Shown here piece after piece: positions 40,238-50,633 of a DNA stretch of 64,000 bases. Within the stretch, counting starts at the first letter, position 1, and each line of letters begins with the position of its first letter. The stretch covers positions 1 through 64,000 of the forward strand of contig OZ244188.1 in assembly GCA_965216635.1 (NCBI GenBank), given 5' to 3'. The notes below the pieces were generated by a model. That model did not search any database and had not been told where the DNA came from. It saw only the letters and a list, made by a program, of their open reading frames with translations. The DNA is from a bacterium. GTDB taxonomy: Bacteria; SAR324; XYD2-FULL-50-16; G965216635. Both the position numbers and the translations under genes were made by a program.

Positions 40238-41989
40238 TTATTTAAAAGATGACCAAAATTTTTTCATTTTTCCTAAAAAACCTACTTTAGATTTTTGGTT
40301 GGTATTGATAAAATAACGGTTTATGGCACTAACACTAGCTAAAAAAGAAGCTTTGATTGTATCTGAGTGTATTCCTATTCCGTAATAAAAACTTTTATCA
40401 GGAAAACTAATTTCAAAATAACAAACCCCCGTTGCACTAGAACCAATTCCTAAAGTGTGTTGTTGGTAATTTGTAGTTTTACAATCTAGCAAGAATTCTT
40501 TTTTTATGCAATTAATAAAAGAATCTATGGGTCCATTGCCTTTATCTTGAACTTTATGGGTTTTAGAATTAAAGGAAAAAATAACTTCACAAGATACTTC
40601 TTCGTTTTCGTGCTTTAGTTGAAATTCTTTCAACTTTAGTGGGGTTTCGTGATCATAATAATTTAAGAAGGTATCATAAATTTTGTTTGGCTGCACTTCT
40701 GTTCCTGTTTCTTCTGAAAGAGTTTGAATTTGTCTACTAAATTCAATAGCCATTTTTCTTGGTATTTTGAGATTGTATTTTTTCTCTAAAATATAGGCTA
40801 CGCCTCCTTTTCCAGACTGGCTGTTGATGCGAATAGGCTCGTATTTTCTGTTTAAGTCTTCGGGGTCTATTGGCAAATAAGGAACATCCCAAAAGTCTGA
40901 CTTTTGCCCGTATATTTTTTTCTGGTTCATTTTTTTCTGGTTCATTTTTTTCATGCCTTTGCTAATCGCATCTTGGTGCGATCCTGAAAAAGCAGTAAAA
41001 ACCAAATCTCCTACATAGGGATGTCTTTTACCAACAAGCAATTTGTTGCATTCTTCTGTTAAATCTTTGATGGCATCTATGTCGCGGAAATCTAATTCTG
41101 GATCTATTCCTTGACTAAAAAGATTCAAAGCCAAAACGACCAAATCTACATTGCCCGTTCTTTCTCCGTTGCCAAAAAGAGTGCCTTCCACTCTATCAGC
41201 TCCAGCCATTAAAGCGAGTTCGGTAGCAGCTATAGCTGTTCCCCTATCGTTGTGTGGATGCAGGCTTAAAATAATGTTTTCTCTATATTTTAAATTATTC
41301 AAAAACCACTCAATAGAATCTGCATACACATTAGGTGTGCTTACTTCCACAGTGGCAGGTAAATTTAAAATCATTTTGGATTGAGAGGTAGGCTGCCAAA
41401 CATCTACAACCGCCTCGCATATTTCTAAAGAGTAATCTAGCTCTGTTTGTGTAAAACTTTCAGGAGAATACTGATAGGTAATTTTTGTCTCAGGTATTTT
41501 TTGAATCTGCTCTTTAACAAATTTTGTTCCCTCCACTGCAATTGCCATAATTTCTTTTTTATTTTTTCCAAAAACGACATCACGTTGTGTTTTAGAAGTA
41601 GAGTTATAAAGATGAAAAATGGCTTTTTTTGCTCCCTTTAAAGATGAAATCGTCTTTTCAATAAGAATCTCTCGGGCTTGGCAGAGCACTTGAATATTTA
41701 CTTCTTCTGGGATTTGATTGTCCTCTATCAAAAACCGTACAAAATCGTATTCCACGGTAGCTGCTGCTGGAAATCCCACTTCTATTTCTTTAAAACCGAT
41801 ATTTAACAACTTTTGATAAAACTTGAATTTTTCTGCAAGACTCATTGGCTCTATCAGCGATTGATTACCATCTCTTAAATCCACACTACACCAGATAGGT
41901 GCTTTGGTAATACTTTTAGAGGGCCAAGTGCGTTCTGGAAAATCTAAGGTAGGATAGGGTTTGTATCTATTAAAGAGCATTTTCGTCAT
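40238..41989 (-). CDS. leuA: 2-isopropylmalate synthase
   Basis: CSVDLRDGNQ, LHPHNDRG, GNGERTGN, FSGSHQDAI, INSQSGKGG. Confidence 0.95.
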   Translation of the reverse strand: MTKMLFNRYKPYPTLDFPERTWPSKSITKAPIWCSVDLRDGNQSLIEPMSLAEKFKFYQKLLNIGFKEIEVGFPAAATVEYDFVRFLIEDNQIPEEVNIQVLCQAREILIEKTISSLKGAKKAIFHLYNSTSKTQRDVVFGKNKKEIMAIAVEGTKFVKEQIQKIPETKITYQYSPESFTQTELDYSLEICEAVVDVWQPTSQSKMILNLPATVEVSTPNVYADSIEWFLNNLKYRENIILSLHPHNDRGTAIAATELALMAGADRVEGTLFGNGERTGNVDLVVLALNLFSQGIDPELDFRDIDAIKDLTEECNKLLVGKRHPYVGDLVFTAFSGSHQDAISKGMKKMNQKKMNQKKIYGQKSDFWDVPYLPIDPEDLNRKYEPIRINSQSGKGGVAYILEKKYNLKIPRKMAIEFSRQIQTLSEETGTEVQPNKIYDTFLNYYDHETPLKLKEFQLKHENEEVSCEVIFSFNSKTHKVQDKGNGPIDSFINCIKKEFLLDCKTTNYQQHTLGIGSSATGVCYFEISFPDKSFYYGIGIHSDTIKASFLASVSAINRYFINTNQKSKVGFLGKMKKFWSSFK

Positions 41990-42954
41990 TTTTTATCTAC
42001 TGTTAATTTCAAAAATTTTTCATAAATTTTTACTGGGTCAAAAATATTGGCATCAAGCACTGTTCCCCCTGCCATATGCGAATGCCCTCCACCGACGCCT
42101 ATACCTTCTAATAACTCTTGGACTATCAAAGAAGAATTCCAATTGGGAGCTTCGTTTCTGGAAGAAAAATTGACTTTTCCAGCATTTTTTGCACAAAGGA
42201 CAACTAAATCTATCTCTTCTAAAGCTAGCACAAAATCGGCGAGTATACCTAAAGTGTTGATGCTACAACCACCAGGAAAATAACAAAAGGCAATAGTGTT
42301 TTTTGATTGTAGATTCTCAATGAGGTAAATATAATGTTTCAAATCATTAAAAGTAGAAAAATTTCTTAGTATACTTTGCACAAAATCAATATCTGTCTTA
42401 AAATAAAGTTTCGCAAAGTAGTGTAAATCTGTGGAATGAAGTCCCCTTGTAAGATTGGAGGTATCCATATTTAGCCCAATCATAAACGCAGTAGCTATTT
42501 TTGGTGGAATTTCTATTTTCATTTCATCAAAGTAAGAAGCGATGATAGTGCTACAAGAGCCCAACTGATTTCTAATATCTATAAAGCTGATATTTTCTAA
42601 ATCCTTTTTGCTAACTTCGTGATGATCAATCACAGCAACCTCACTTCCTATAAGGTCTGTTACATTTCTATTCCCCTTACATCCATCTACAATGATAATT
42701 TTATCTTTCTCAGTCATTTCTGGATAGGACTGATAGGTTTCTATAGAGAGTTTTTCAATCATTTGGTTTAGGCTATTCCTTTCTATATCGCCTAGGTAGA
42801 CAATTTTGGATTTAATATCAAATTGCTCAAATAAATATTGGAGTCCATAAGCCGAAGCTATGGCGTCGTGGTCGGGGTAGTTATGCGGTTGAATATAAAC
42901 TAATTTTTCTGTCTGAAAACTTTTAATTAGTTTATCAATAGAATTAATTTTCAT
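41986..42954 (-). CDS. DHH/DHHA1 family phosphoesterase
   Basis: HNYPDHDAIAS, IDHH, GGGHSHMAGG. Confidence 0.9.
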   Translation of the reverse strand: MKINSIDKLIKSFQTEKLVYIQPHNYPDHDAIASAYGLQYLFEQFDIKSKIVYLGDIERNSLNQMIEKLSIETYQSYPEMTEKDKIIIVDGCKGNRNVTDLIGSEVAVIDHHEVSKKDLENISFIDIRNQLGSCSTIIASYFDEMKIEIPPKIATAFMIGLNMDTSNLTRGLHSTDLHYFAKLYFKTDIDFVQSILRNFSTFNDLKHYIYLIENLQSKNTIAFCYFPGGCSINTLGILADFVLALEEIDLVVLCAKNAGKVNFSSRNEAPNWNSSLIVQELLEGIGVGGGHSHMAGGTVLDANIFDPVKIYEKFLKLTVDKK

Positions 42955-44293
42955 TTTTATTTTCGCTTAGTGTAGTTCCCCAAAGTGAATGTGTTTTTTT
43001 TCCTTGAATTTTCACACGGATAAAATCGCCTACCTTAATATTACTAGAAATCTCTTTTTTAACGCTAATAGAAATATTCTCTTCACTCCTACCAATAAAA
43101 AAATCCATTTTTTTAGGGTGCACGCCTTCAATCAAAACTTTTTTTTCAAGACCCACAAGCATTTCAAATTTACGACTACGAATTGTTTCAAAAAGATTTA
43201 AGACTTTCGCTAATCTTTCTTCTTTTGTTTTTTGTAAAACATCATCTTTCATTTTAGATGCTCTTGTTTGGGGACGAGAAGAATACTTAAACGCATAGAC
43301 TTGGTTGAATTTTATAGTTTTCAAAACAGCAAGTGTTTTTTGAAAATCCTCTTCGCTCTCGCTAGGAAAACCCACGATTAAATCTGTACTTAAAGAAATT
43401 TCGGGGATTATTTTTTTAAGATAGCGAATTTTTTTTAAGTATTCTTCTATAGTATGTCCTCGTCGCATCAAATGCAAAATAGAGTTAGAACCTGATTGAT
43501 AAGGTAGATGCAACTGATTACAAATTTTCGGCTGACTTGCCATCAAATCTGTTAGTTTATTGTTCCAGTCTTTTGGGTGAGGAGAAGTAAAGCGAATTCT
43601 TCGCAATCCTTCTATTTCGGATAGGCTTTTTAACAAATGATAAAAATCTACATCTCCAGCCTTATAGGAATTAACATTCTGCCCTAAAAGAATAATTTCT
43701 TTAATCCCTTGCTTTACTAAATTATCCGCCTCTAAAAGTATATTATCTACACTCCTACTAACTTCTCTACCTCGGGTAAAAGGAACAACGCAAAAAGAAC
43801 AAAAATTATCACAGCCCTTTGTGATAGAAAGATAGGCTTTGCAGCCTTGAATGTAGGGTTTGTTTATATCTTCAAAAGGGACAAAATTTTGTATTTTTTT
43901 TTCACGAGGCATCCATTGAGTTTTCAAAACTCTCTGTCCTTGTTCTACTTCTGCTAACATCTCAAGCAAACTATTGTAATTGTCCGTTCCAAAAACTAAA
44001 TCTACAATAGGCTCTCTCTTTAAAATATTTGCGCCTTCTTGCTGAGCGACGCAACCGCCTACTCCAATAATTAAATTTTTATTCTTTTTTTTTAAATTTT
44101 TAGCCCTACCTAAAAAACTATAAATTTTATTTTCAGGAGCATTACGCACAGAGCAACTATTGAGTAAAATGAGGTTTGCGTCTTCTACCCCCTGGACTAG
44201 CTTATAACCTCCTTTGGTAAGCAGGTGCGCCATTCTCTGACTGTCGTATTCATTCATCTGGCAACCGAAAGTGTGGATGAAGGCTTTTTTCAT
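42944..44293 (-). CDS. miaB: tRNA methylthiotransferase MiaB
   Basis: TFGCQMNEYDS, GCDNFCSFCVVP, GREVSR, TRAM-like C-terminus. Confidence 0.95.
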   Translation of the reverse strand: MKKAFIHTFGCQMNEYDSQRMAHLLTKGGYKLVQGVEDANLILLNSCSVRNAPENKIYSFLGRAKNLKKKNKNLIIGVGGCVAQQEGANILKREPIVDLVFGTDNYNSLLEMLAEVEQGQRVLKTQWMPREKKIQNFVPFEDINKPYIQGCKAYLSITKGCDNFCSFCVVPFTRGREVSRSVDNILLEADNLVKQGIKEIILLGQNVNSYKAGDVDFYHLLKSLSEIEGLRRIRFTSPHPKDWNNKLTDLMASQPKICNQLHLPYQSGSNSILHLMRRGHTIEEYLKKIRYLKKIIPEISLSTDLIVGFPSESEEDFQKTLAVLKTIKFNQVYAFKYSSRPQTRASKMKDDVLQKTKEERLAKVLNLFETIRSRKFEMLVGLEKKVLIEGVHPKKMDFFIGRSEENISISVKKEISSNIKVGDFIRVKIQGKKTHSLWGTTLSENKNEN

Positions 44294-44355
44294 AGTTCTT
44301 TTACTGGTTTTTTCTACTTATTTATTTTTTCTGCTTATTTATTCTATTGGGGAAA

Positions 44356-44643
44356 TCAAATATCATCAGCAATAGATTGTTTTAAATTTTTTGCAGGGTA
44401 AAAGGTGATGGCGTATCGTTTAGAAATTTTATATTCTTCTTTTGTTTTAGGGTTTCTTCCTATCCTTTCTTTTTTTTTACGCAAAACAAAGCTACCAAAA
44501 TTTCTAATCATTAGTTTTTTTTTATCTAACAAAACTTCTTCCAAACAAGTAAGCATGGCATCTATATACTGCTTGGCTTGAGTATAGCTTATTTTGCCAA
44601 CTAATTCTTCTGATAGGCGGCGGATTAAATCCTCTTTAACCAT
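44356..44643 (-). CDS. HU/IHF-family DNA-binding protein
   Basis: RNFGSF...RIGRNPKT...TFYPAKNLK. Confidence 0.9.
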   Translation of the reverse strand: MVKEDLIRRLSEELVGKISYTQAKQYIDAMLTCLEEVLLDKKKLMIRNFGSFVLRKKKERIGRNPKTKEEYKISKRYAITFYPAKNLKQSIADDI

Positions 44644-45006
44644 AGTAGAGGTGTGCTCGTTTATTTATTCATAGGTGATTTAAAATGGAATAATATATTT
44701 TTGCTACAAATAGTGCAAGAAAAAACAACAATTTTTTTTTTTAGTTTGTATATTTATTTTTTAAGCTATAGTGAGATATATTCAAGGAAATTTTTTATTC
44801 AAAGGTCTATTGAAATACTCTTATTGCTGAACGCAAAATAAGGACTATGGAAAAAGCTCCGCTGGAGCTTTTTTATTTTTTTTTTGTGGATTACCCAGAC
44901 TTGCCGTGTTTTGCACTACAAGGATAAAAAATTTGATAGAGACTCTTGACCAGCTTTCCTCTATAGTGCCTAATTTAAAGGTTTCGGGTATTTTGAAAAA
45001 AAAACA

Positions 45007-48000
45007 ATGCGACAGTCTATCCAAAACACAGAAACTTCAGAAATTCTACACAAAACCATTCTACTGGCAACAAGTTGGCAAAATTTTAGCACCAACCTAC
45101 TTACCAAAAAAGAACGCAAACAACAACAAATGATGAGGCGCATGCTCAATCATCCATCTGATAAAACTATTATCCTGCACTTAATGGATCAAAGTTTCCG
45201 CTCTGAAAATTCAAAACGGGCAGTCAATCAGTTTCAATATTTATTACAACAATATGGAATACCACATTTTTTTCCGAAAACAGAACAGTGGCTGCTTAAA
45301 ATTTTTTTAAAGTTAGGGCATTTTTTTCCTAAAATTTCCCATTCACAAATTTTGAGAAAAATCCATAAAGACGCCAGCCGTAATGTTCTTTCAGAAGAAT
45401 CTAAATTTCTAAAAAAACATCTAAAAAAAAGAAAAGCAGAAAACATAGAGGTCAATCTCAATCATTTAGGGGAATCTGTATTGGGCGATGGAGAAGCAAA
45501 AAATCGCTTGCAGCATTACGCATCTTCACTTCGCAACCCTGAGATAAATACCATTTCTATTAAAATTTCTAATCTAGCAGCCCAACTTCATCCGCTTGGT
45601 TTTGACGACGAACTAGATTTAATTTGTGAGAGACTTGGCAGTCTTTATCGTGTAGCAATGCAAAATCCAGTATATGGTAGCGATGGTAGTCGCAAAGCAA
45701 AATTTATCAATTTAGATATGGAAAGCTATTACGATTTGGATTTGACAATGAGTGCTTTTATGCGTGTTTTAGACAAACTAGAATTTAAAAATTTGAGTGC
45801 TGGAATTGTTTTACAAGCCTATCTCCCAGACTCTTTTTTATACCAACAGAGGCTAGTGAGCTGGGCAAAAAATCGTTTGTCTAAGGGAGGTAGTCCTGTA
45901 AAAATGCGGTTGGTCAAGGGCGCCAATTTGGCTATGGAAAAGCTAGAATCAGAATTATCTGGTTGGCAATGCACTGTTTTTGATTCCAAGATAGAAACCG
46001 ATGCTAATTTCAAACGGATGTTAGAATTTGCACTTAAACCACAAAACATCAAAGCAGTGCATTTAGGTTTAGCTTCGCACAATCTGTTTGATTTGGCTTA
46101 CACCTATTGTCTTGCCGAGCAACTAGGTATTAAAGAAGGTTTGGTTTTTGAGATGTTAGAAGGTATGGGCGAGCATTACTTAAGGACTTTAAAAAATACA
46201 CTAAAAGAAACAGCAAAAAACTTAAAAATACTGCTCTATACTCCAGTAGCAAGTAAGAAGCAATTTATTCATTCCATAGCTTACTTGGTGCGAAGGTTGG
46301 ATGAAAATACAGGTTACGATAACTTTTTACGGCATTCCTTTGATATGCAGGTAGGCTCTAATGAATGGAAATTTTTAGAAAAACAATTTTTATCTGCCTG
46401 TAGTCTTAAAGATAGACTGCCTTTTAAACCCCGCCGCAAACAAAATCGTACCCAAGAAATCCCAAAAAAAAAACTTGGCACTTTCGCTGAACCTGTTTTT
46501 CAAAACGAACCAGATACAGATTGGGTGCTTCCTAAAAATAGAGAGTGGGCTAATCAAATTCGCCAAAAATGGCAACCAACCAAAAACAGCAGACTACAAA
46601 AAATTCCTCTTATACTAGGCAAAAAAGTGGTGCAAACAAAACGCAAAAAACAAGAATTTTTTGACCCATCAAACCCACAAATGCCTGCGGTTTTTTCCGT
46701 TGCCCTTGCTACAAAAATGGATGTGAAGCGAGCAGTAAAAATTGCTAAAGATGATGCTTCAAAATGGCGAAAAACAACTCTCTTAAAAAGACACAAATTG
46801 CTTGAAAAAGTCGCTCATAATCTGCGTAAAAAAAGAGGTGATTTGATAGGAATAGCCGCTGCCGTTTGTGCTAAAACCTTTTACGAAGCAGACACTGAAA
46901 TTTCAGAAGCGATTGATTTTATTGAATACTACCCTCATTCTTTGAGTTTAATAGAAAAAAAAACTTCCATCAAACTTTCACCTTTGGGGGTGATTTTGGT
47001 AATTTCTCCGTGGAATTTTCCCATTGCAATTTCTAGCGGAGGGATAGCTGCTAGTCTTGCTGCTGGTAATACGGTTTTATTCAAACCGTCACCATTAGCC
47101 TTTCCAGTAGCGGCAGAAATTGTAAAATGTTTTTGGGACGCTGGAATTTCGCGTGAAGTTTTACAACTTATCACTTGCGAAGAAGGAGAAGCAATGCAAA
47201 CTCTTAGCAGAGACTCAGGTATTCATTCTGTTATTTTTACTGGAGGAACCGAAACCGCATTGAAACTGCTCGCGCAGAGACCTGATCAGAAATTGGTGGC
47301 AGAGACAGGGGGTAAAAATGCAATGATTGTAACCGCTATGGCTGATAGAGATCAAGCAGTAGAGCATATTTTACATTCTGCATTTAGTCATAGCGGACAA
47401 AAATGCTCTGCTACTTCACTGCTTATTTTAGAAAAAGAAATTTATGAGGACAGTGCTTTTCGCAAACAATTATTAGATGCCATTCGGACTTTAAAAGTAG
47501 GCTCTGTTTGGAATTTTGCTAATAAAATGGGACCCTTAATTAGAAAACCAATGAAGCATTTAAGAAAAGGGCTGAAATTTTTAGAAGCGGGCGAAAGTTG
47601 GGCTTTAGCACCAAAATTTAATAAAAAAAATCCTAAACTTATGTATCCTACAGTAAAATGGGGAGTGAAGTCGGGAAGTTTTTCACACCGAACAGAGTTT
47701 TTCTTTCCTTTGCTTTCAGTAATGAAAGCTGAATCTCTAGAAGATGCAATTGAAATTGCAAATCGTACAGGTTATGGATTAACTGCAGGATTGGAGAGTT
47801 TAGATTTCCGTGAGCAAAAAATTTTCTCTGAAACAATAGAAGCGGGTAATCTTTATATCAATCGGACAACTACTGGAGCGATTGTTTTACGCCAACCATT
47901 CGGGGGGATAAAACTATCTTCCATAGGGTCTGGCATCAAAGCTGGGGGTCCCAATTATGCTATTCAGTTTTGTGAAATAGAAGATGGAGTGAATCCTACT

Positions 48001-48702
48001 CAAAACTCCCTACAAGAAAAATTAGGGCAAGAAAAATTAGGGCAAGAAAAATTAGGGCAAGAAAAATTAGGGCAAGAAAAATTAGGGCAAGAAAAATCCG
48101 AATGGTTTGTCTTTGCTAGAAACTGGCAAAAACAACTCGCTAAATATCAGCATCTCAAAATCCGTAGCGAATTTAAAAAAATTATACAAGCAATTTATAG
48201 CTGTCTCTACAACTACGAGCAAGAATTTTCTAAAGAGCAAGATTTTTTTTCTCTAGCAGGGCAAAGTAATTTGTTTCGTTATCATCCGATTGGAAAAGTC
48301 GCCGTGCGATTGCACGCAGAGGATTCTTTATTTGAAACATTGATTCGGATAGCAGCAGCGAGTATTGCAAAATGCAAAGTGGAAGTGAGCTTTCCTCCTA
48401 ATCTTAAAAATTCCGTTACTCAATTTCTAGTGGTTCTTAAAAACAAACATAGTTCTTTAGAATATTATACAGAAAGTGATAAAGAATTAAGCCAGAGGCT
48501 GGTTGAAATAGACCGTTTGAGATACGCCCATCCCCAGCGTGTTCCCAGTGTTATCTACCGAGCAGCAGCCAAGCTAGGAAAATCTATTTCCCGTGATATC
48601 CCGCTTATGGAGGGGCGTATAGAAATGCTGCGATATCTTTACGAACAAAGTTTATCAGTAGATTATCATCGCTACGGAAATTTAGGGCGTAGTGAAAAAT
48701 AG
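45007..48702 (+). CDS. putA: Bifunctional proline dehydrogenase / P5C dehydrogenase
   Basis: INLDMESY, RLVKGAN, SHNLFD, YLVRRLDEN; ALDH motifs ETGGKN, SGQKCSA, QPFGG. Confidence 0.94.
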   Translation: MRQSIQNTETSEILHKTILLATSWQNFSTNLLTKKERKQQQMMRRMLNHPSDKTIILHLMDQSFRSENSKRAVNQFQYLLQQYGIPHFFPKTEQWLLKIFLKLGHFFPKISHSQILRKIHKDASRNVLSEESKFLKKHLKKRKAENIEVNLNHLGESVLGDGEAKNRLQHYASSLRNPEINTISIKISNLAAQLHPLGFDDELDLICERLGSLYRVAMQNPVYGSDGSRKAKFINLDMESYYDLDLTMSAFMRVLDKLEFKNLSAGIVLQAYLPDSFLYQQRLVSWAKNRLSKGGSPVKMRLVKGANLAMEKLESELSGWQCTVFDSKIETDANFKRMLEFALKPQNIKAVHLGLASHNLFDLAYTYCLAEQLGIKEGLVFEMLEGMGEHYLRTLKNTLKETAKNLKILLYTPVASKKQFIHSIAYLVRRLDENTGYDNFLRHSFDMQVGSNEWKFLEKQFLSACSLKDRLPFKPRRKQNRTQEIPKKKLGTFAEPVFQNEPDTDWVLPKNREWANQIRQKWQPTKNSRLQKIPLILGKKVVQTKRKKQEFFDPSNPQMPAVFSVALATKMDVKRAVKIAKDDASKWRKTTLLKRHKLLEKVAHNLRKKRGDLIGIAAAVCAKTFYEADTEISEAIDFIEYYPHSLSLIEKKTSIKLSPLGVILVISPWNFPIAISSGGIAASLAAGNTVLFKPSPLAFPVAAEIVKCFWDAGISREVLQLITCEEGEAMQTLSRDSGIHSVIFTGGTETALKLLAQRPDQKLVAETGGKNAMIVTAMADRDQAVEHILHSAFSHSGQKCSATSLLILEKEIYEDSAFRKQLLDAIRTLKVGSVWNFANKMGPLIRKPMKHLRKGLKFLEAGESWALAPKFNKKNPKLMYPTVKWGVKSGSFSHRTEFFFPLLSVMKAESLEDAIEIANRTGYGLTAGLESLDFREQKIFSETIEAGNLYINRTTTGAIVLRQPFGGIKLSSIGSGIKAGGPNYAIQFCEIEDGVNPTQNSLQEKLGQEKLGQEKLGQEKLGQEKLGQEKSEWFVFARNWQKQLAKYQHLKIRSEFKKIIQAIYSCLYNYEQEFSKEQDFFSLAGQSNLFRYHPIGKVAVRLHAEDSLFETLIRIAAASIAKCKVEVSFPPNLKNSVTQFLVVLKNKHSSLEYYTESDKELSQRLVEIDRLRYAHPQRVPSVIYRAAAKLGKSISRDIPLMEGRIEMLRYLYEQSLSVDYHRYGNLGRSEK
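48013..48097 (+). repeat. Perfect 15-bp tandem repeat x5.7 in putA (QEKLG)
   Basis: CAAGAAAAATTAGGG repeated. Confidence 0.97.
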
Positions 48703-48714
48703 CTTAAAATTTAA

Positions 48715-48762
48715 TAGACTTTTGAATTTGCCAAATAGGACAAAACTAGCTGTGACGGCTAG
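48715..48762. mobile_element. Family A end fused to the 75-bp promoter repeat
   Basis: TAGACTTTTGAATTTGCCAAATAGGACAAAACTAGCTGTGACGGCTAG, the reverse complement of the right end of 39954..40224. Confidence 0.8.
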
Positions 48763-48938
48763 ATTTTGGTAAAATCTAGCTAAACTAGGAAAAGCTCTCA
48801 TTATGTTTTGTTTGACATCAATGCTATATTTGGCTAGATTTTGGTAAAATCTAGCTAAACTAGGAAAAGCTCTCATTATGTTTTGTTTGACATCAATGCT
48901 ATATTTGGCTAGACTTTGGTAAAGTCTAGCTAAACTAG
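48757..48938 (+). repeat. 75-bp tandem unit x2.4 with palindrome and sigma70-like promoter
   Basis: Units start at 48757, 48832 and 48907; TTGACA at 48812 and 48887, each 17 bp before TAGA(T/C)T. Confidence 0.92.
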
Positions 48939-49029
48939 ACACAACCTAGACAAACTAGGAAATGTTTTTTATAAACCTTTGAATTTCTTAGAAATCAAAA
49001 GGCTATTTTAATTTAAACTAAAAAAAATT

Positions 49030-50202
49030 ATGAAAATAATTAAAAAAAGGACGCTAAAAATAGCGTTCTATGCTTCTAATGGGGCTTCCAATGGAGGATT
49101 CCATGGTAGCTTCCAGTGGGGTTTCCAATGGAATAAGGTTCTATTGTTAGGTGCGGTTTTGTTGAGTTTTCAGTTTGTAGGAAATCTGCAGGCACAGGAC
49201 AGCCAAACAAGTAAAATTGGTAAAGGCGGTTGGTTTATTGGGTTAACTCCCTATGCTTTGGGTCTTTCGGAGTCAAAGACTTCTGCTCGTATAACAAGTA
49301 ATCCTACAGGTGTCACAACAGATAGTGGGGCTGGATTTAGCTTTACTGCTGTAGCTCCTAGTGATGCAAACCTTGGTGCGACTGGATCTCAAGCCCACGC
49401 ACAAGCAGCAGCCGTAAGTCTTTGTAAGACTGGCTTTGCTATACCCGCAACTGACAATACAGACGCCACCAATACTGATTTTGGTGGTTTTCGATTCGCC
49501 CCAGCTGATGGAACCTATGATGGCAATGTCTACCAATTTAATGTTTCCACACACTGTAGAGATTATTTTGCTGGGCTTTTAGCCAATGCTACCCAAGTTG
49601 TCCCATTCCAATCACCAGAAGCCTCAAAACCAGCGACAGCAAAATGGAGCGGTGCCGGCTTGCACTTCGGCTGGCAGTTTCCCGAAGGAGATAGAGTAGG
49701 GTTGCAGCTACACAACTGGAAAGGAGATGGTACCGAGGTGAGTAGCCAGATTGCAATCTACGACTATTTTTTTCCCAAAGGCTTTTATGCGGGACTAGGA
49801 ATTGGAACTCTGCAACTCAAAGCACTAGGCAAAACAGAAAGCCAAAGAGCAACAGCTGTGAATCTGGGTTGGCAGTATTCTATTAAAGAAAATCTCAAGT
49901 TGGAATTAGGCTACCTTCTTTTGAACGGTGAGGTAACAGTTAAAAAAGAAACCAGAGCAACCAGAAATGTAGTGATTTCCAGAGCAGAAGTGCCAACACA
50001 AGTTGTATATTTGGGGTTTCACTCTGCCAGTTATAGCGTGTCCTGTGTTGGGAGTCCTTGTTCTTTACTGGGCGATGGAGTAAGAGTTACTAGCGAGCCA
50101 CTCACTCGGGAAATATCAGGAGAACAAGAAATAATAGAAACCCAAGAAGTAACCGTCTCCAAACCATCTGTGATCTATATCCGCTTGAGCCTCAGCTTTT
50201 AA
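49030..50202 (+). CDS. Outer-membrane beta-barrel protein with two large variable loop insertions (paralog 1)
   Basis: Signal ..GNLQA|Q; strand 1 GWFIGLTPY; GFYAGLG; LELGYLLL; ends YIRLSLSF. Confidence 0.8.
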   Translation: MKIIKKRTLKIAFYASNGASNGGFHGSFQWGFQWNKVLLLGAVLLSFQFVGNLQAQDSQTSKIGKGGWFIGLTPYALGLSESKTSARITSNPTGVTTDSGAGFSFTAVAPSDANLGATGSQAHAQAAAVSLCKTGFAIPATDNTDATNTDFGGFRFAPADGTYDGNVYQFNVSTHCRDYFAGLLANATQVVPFQSPEASKPATAKWSGAGLHFGWQFPEGDRVGLQLHNWKGDGTEVSSQIAIYDYFFPKGFYAGLGIGTLQLKALGKTESQRATAVNLGWQYSIKENLKLELGYLLLNGEVTVKKETRATRNVVISRAEVPTQVVYLGFHSASYSVSCVGSPCSLLGDGVRVTSEPLTREISGEQEIIETQEVTVSKPSVIYIRLSLSF

Positions 50203-50205
50203 GAA

Positions 50206-50312
50206 CCTGTAGGATGTTTTTTTTCCAACCTGCAAGGGGCATTTTTTTTGCCAAAATGGTTGCTTAGTCAACCATTTGGAGCAAAAAATGTGTCCCCGTT
50301 CTTAAAGAAGAA
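50206..50312. repeat. REP-like cluster (family B)
   Basis: CCTGTAGG..GGGGCATTTTTTTT..inner hairpin AAATGGTTG/CAACCATTT..AAAAAATGTGTCCCCGTTCTTAAAGAAG. Confidence 0.8.
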
Positions 50313-50371
50313 GGGGTTTAAAGGTCTATATACTTTTGAATTAACCAAATAGGACAAAACCAGCTGTTTTA

Positions 50372-50561
50372 GCTAGACTTTGGTAAAGTCTAGCTAAACT
50401 AGGAAAAGCTCTCATTATGTTTTGTTTGACATCAATGCTATATTTGGCTAGACTTTGGTAAAGTCTAGCTAAACTAGACACAACCTAGACAAACTAGGGA
50501 AATGTTTTTTATAAACCTTTGAATTTCTTAGAAATTCAAAAGGCTATTTTAATTTAAACTT
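50372..50561 (+). repeat. Second copy of the OMP upstream block (75-bp unit x1.4 plus leader)
   Basis: Near-identical to about 48833..49020; TTGACA at 50426, TAGACT at 50449. Confidence 0.92.
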
Positions 50562-50617
50562 AGACTTTTGAATTTGCATTTTGTTTAGTCTAAACAGAAC
50601 GCAAATTCAATAGTCTC
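50561..50617. mobile_element. Short family A element in the 5' leader of paralog 2
   Basis: TAGACTTTTGAATTTGC...GCAAATTCAATAGTCTC; absent from the paralog 1 leader. Confidence 0.8.
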
Positions 50618-50633
50618 AAACTTAAAAATAATC

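Noticed and set aside
48757..48938. CRISPR array (palindromic ~32-bp repeat with ~43-bp spacers)
   Set aside because: The spacers are identical, also at 50.4 kb, and no cas genes are present. A tandem duplication containing a promoter explains it better.
48682..48942. 86-aa minus-strand ORF with 25-aa repeats
   Set aside because: By-product of the 75-bp repeat and a MITE end; GTG start and overlap with putA.
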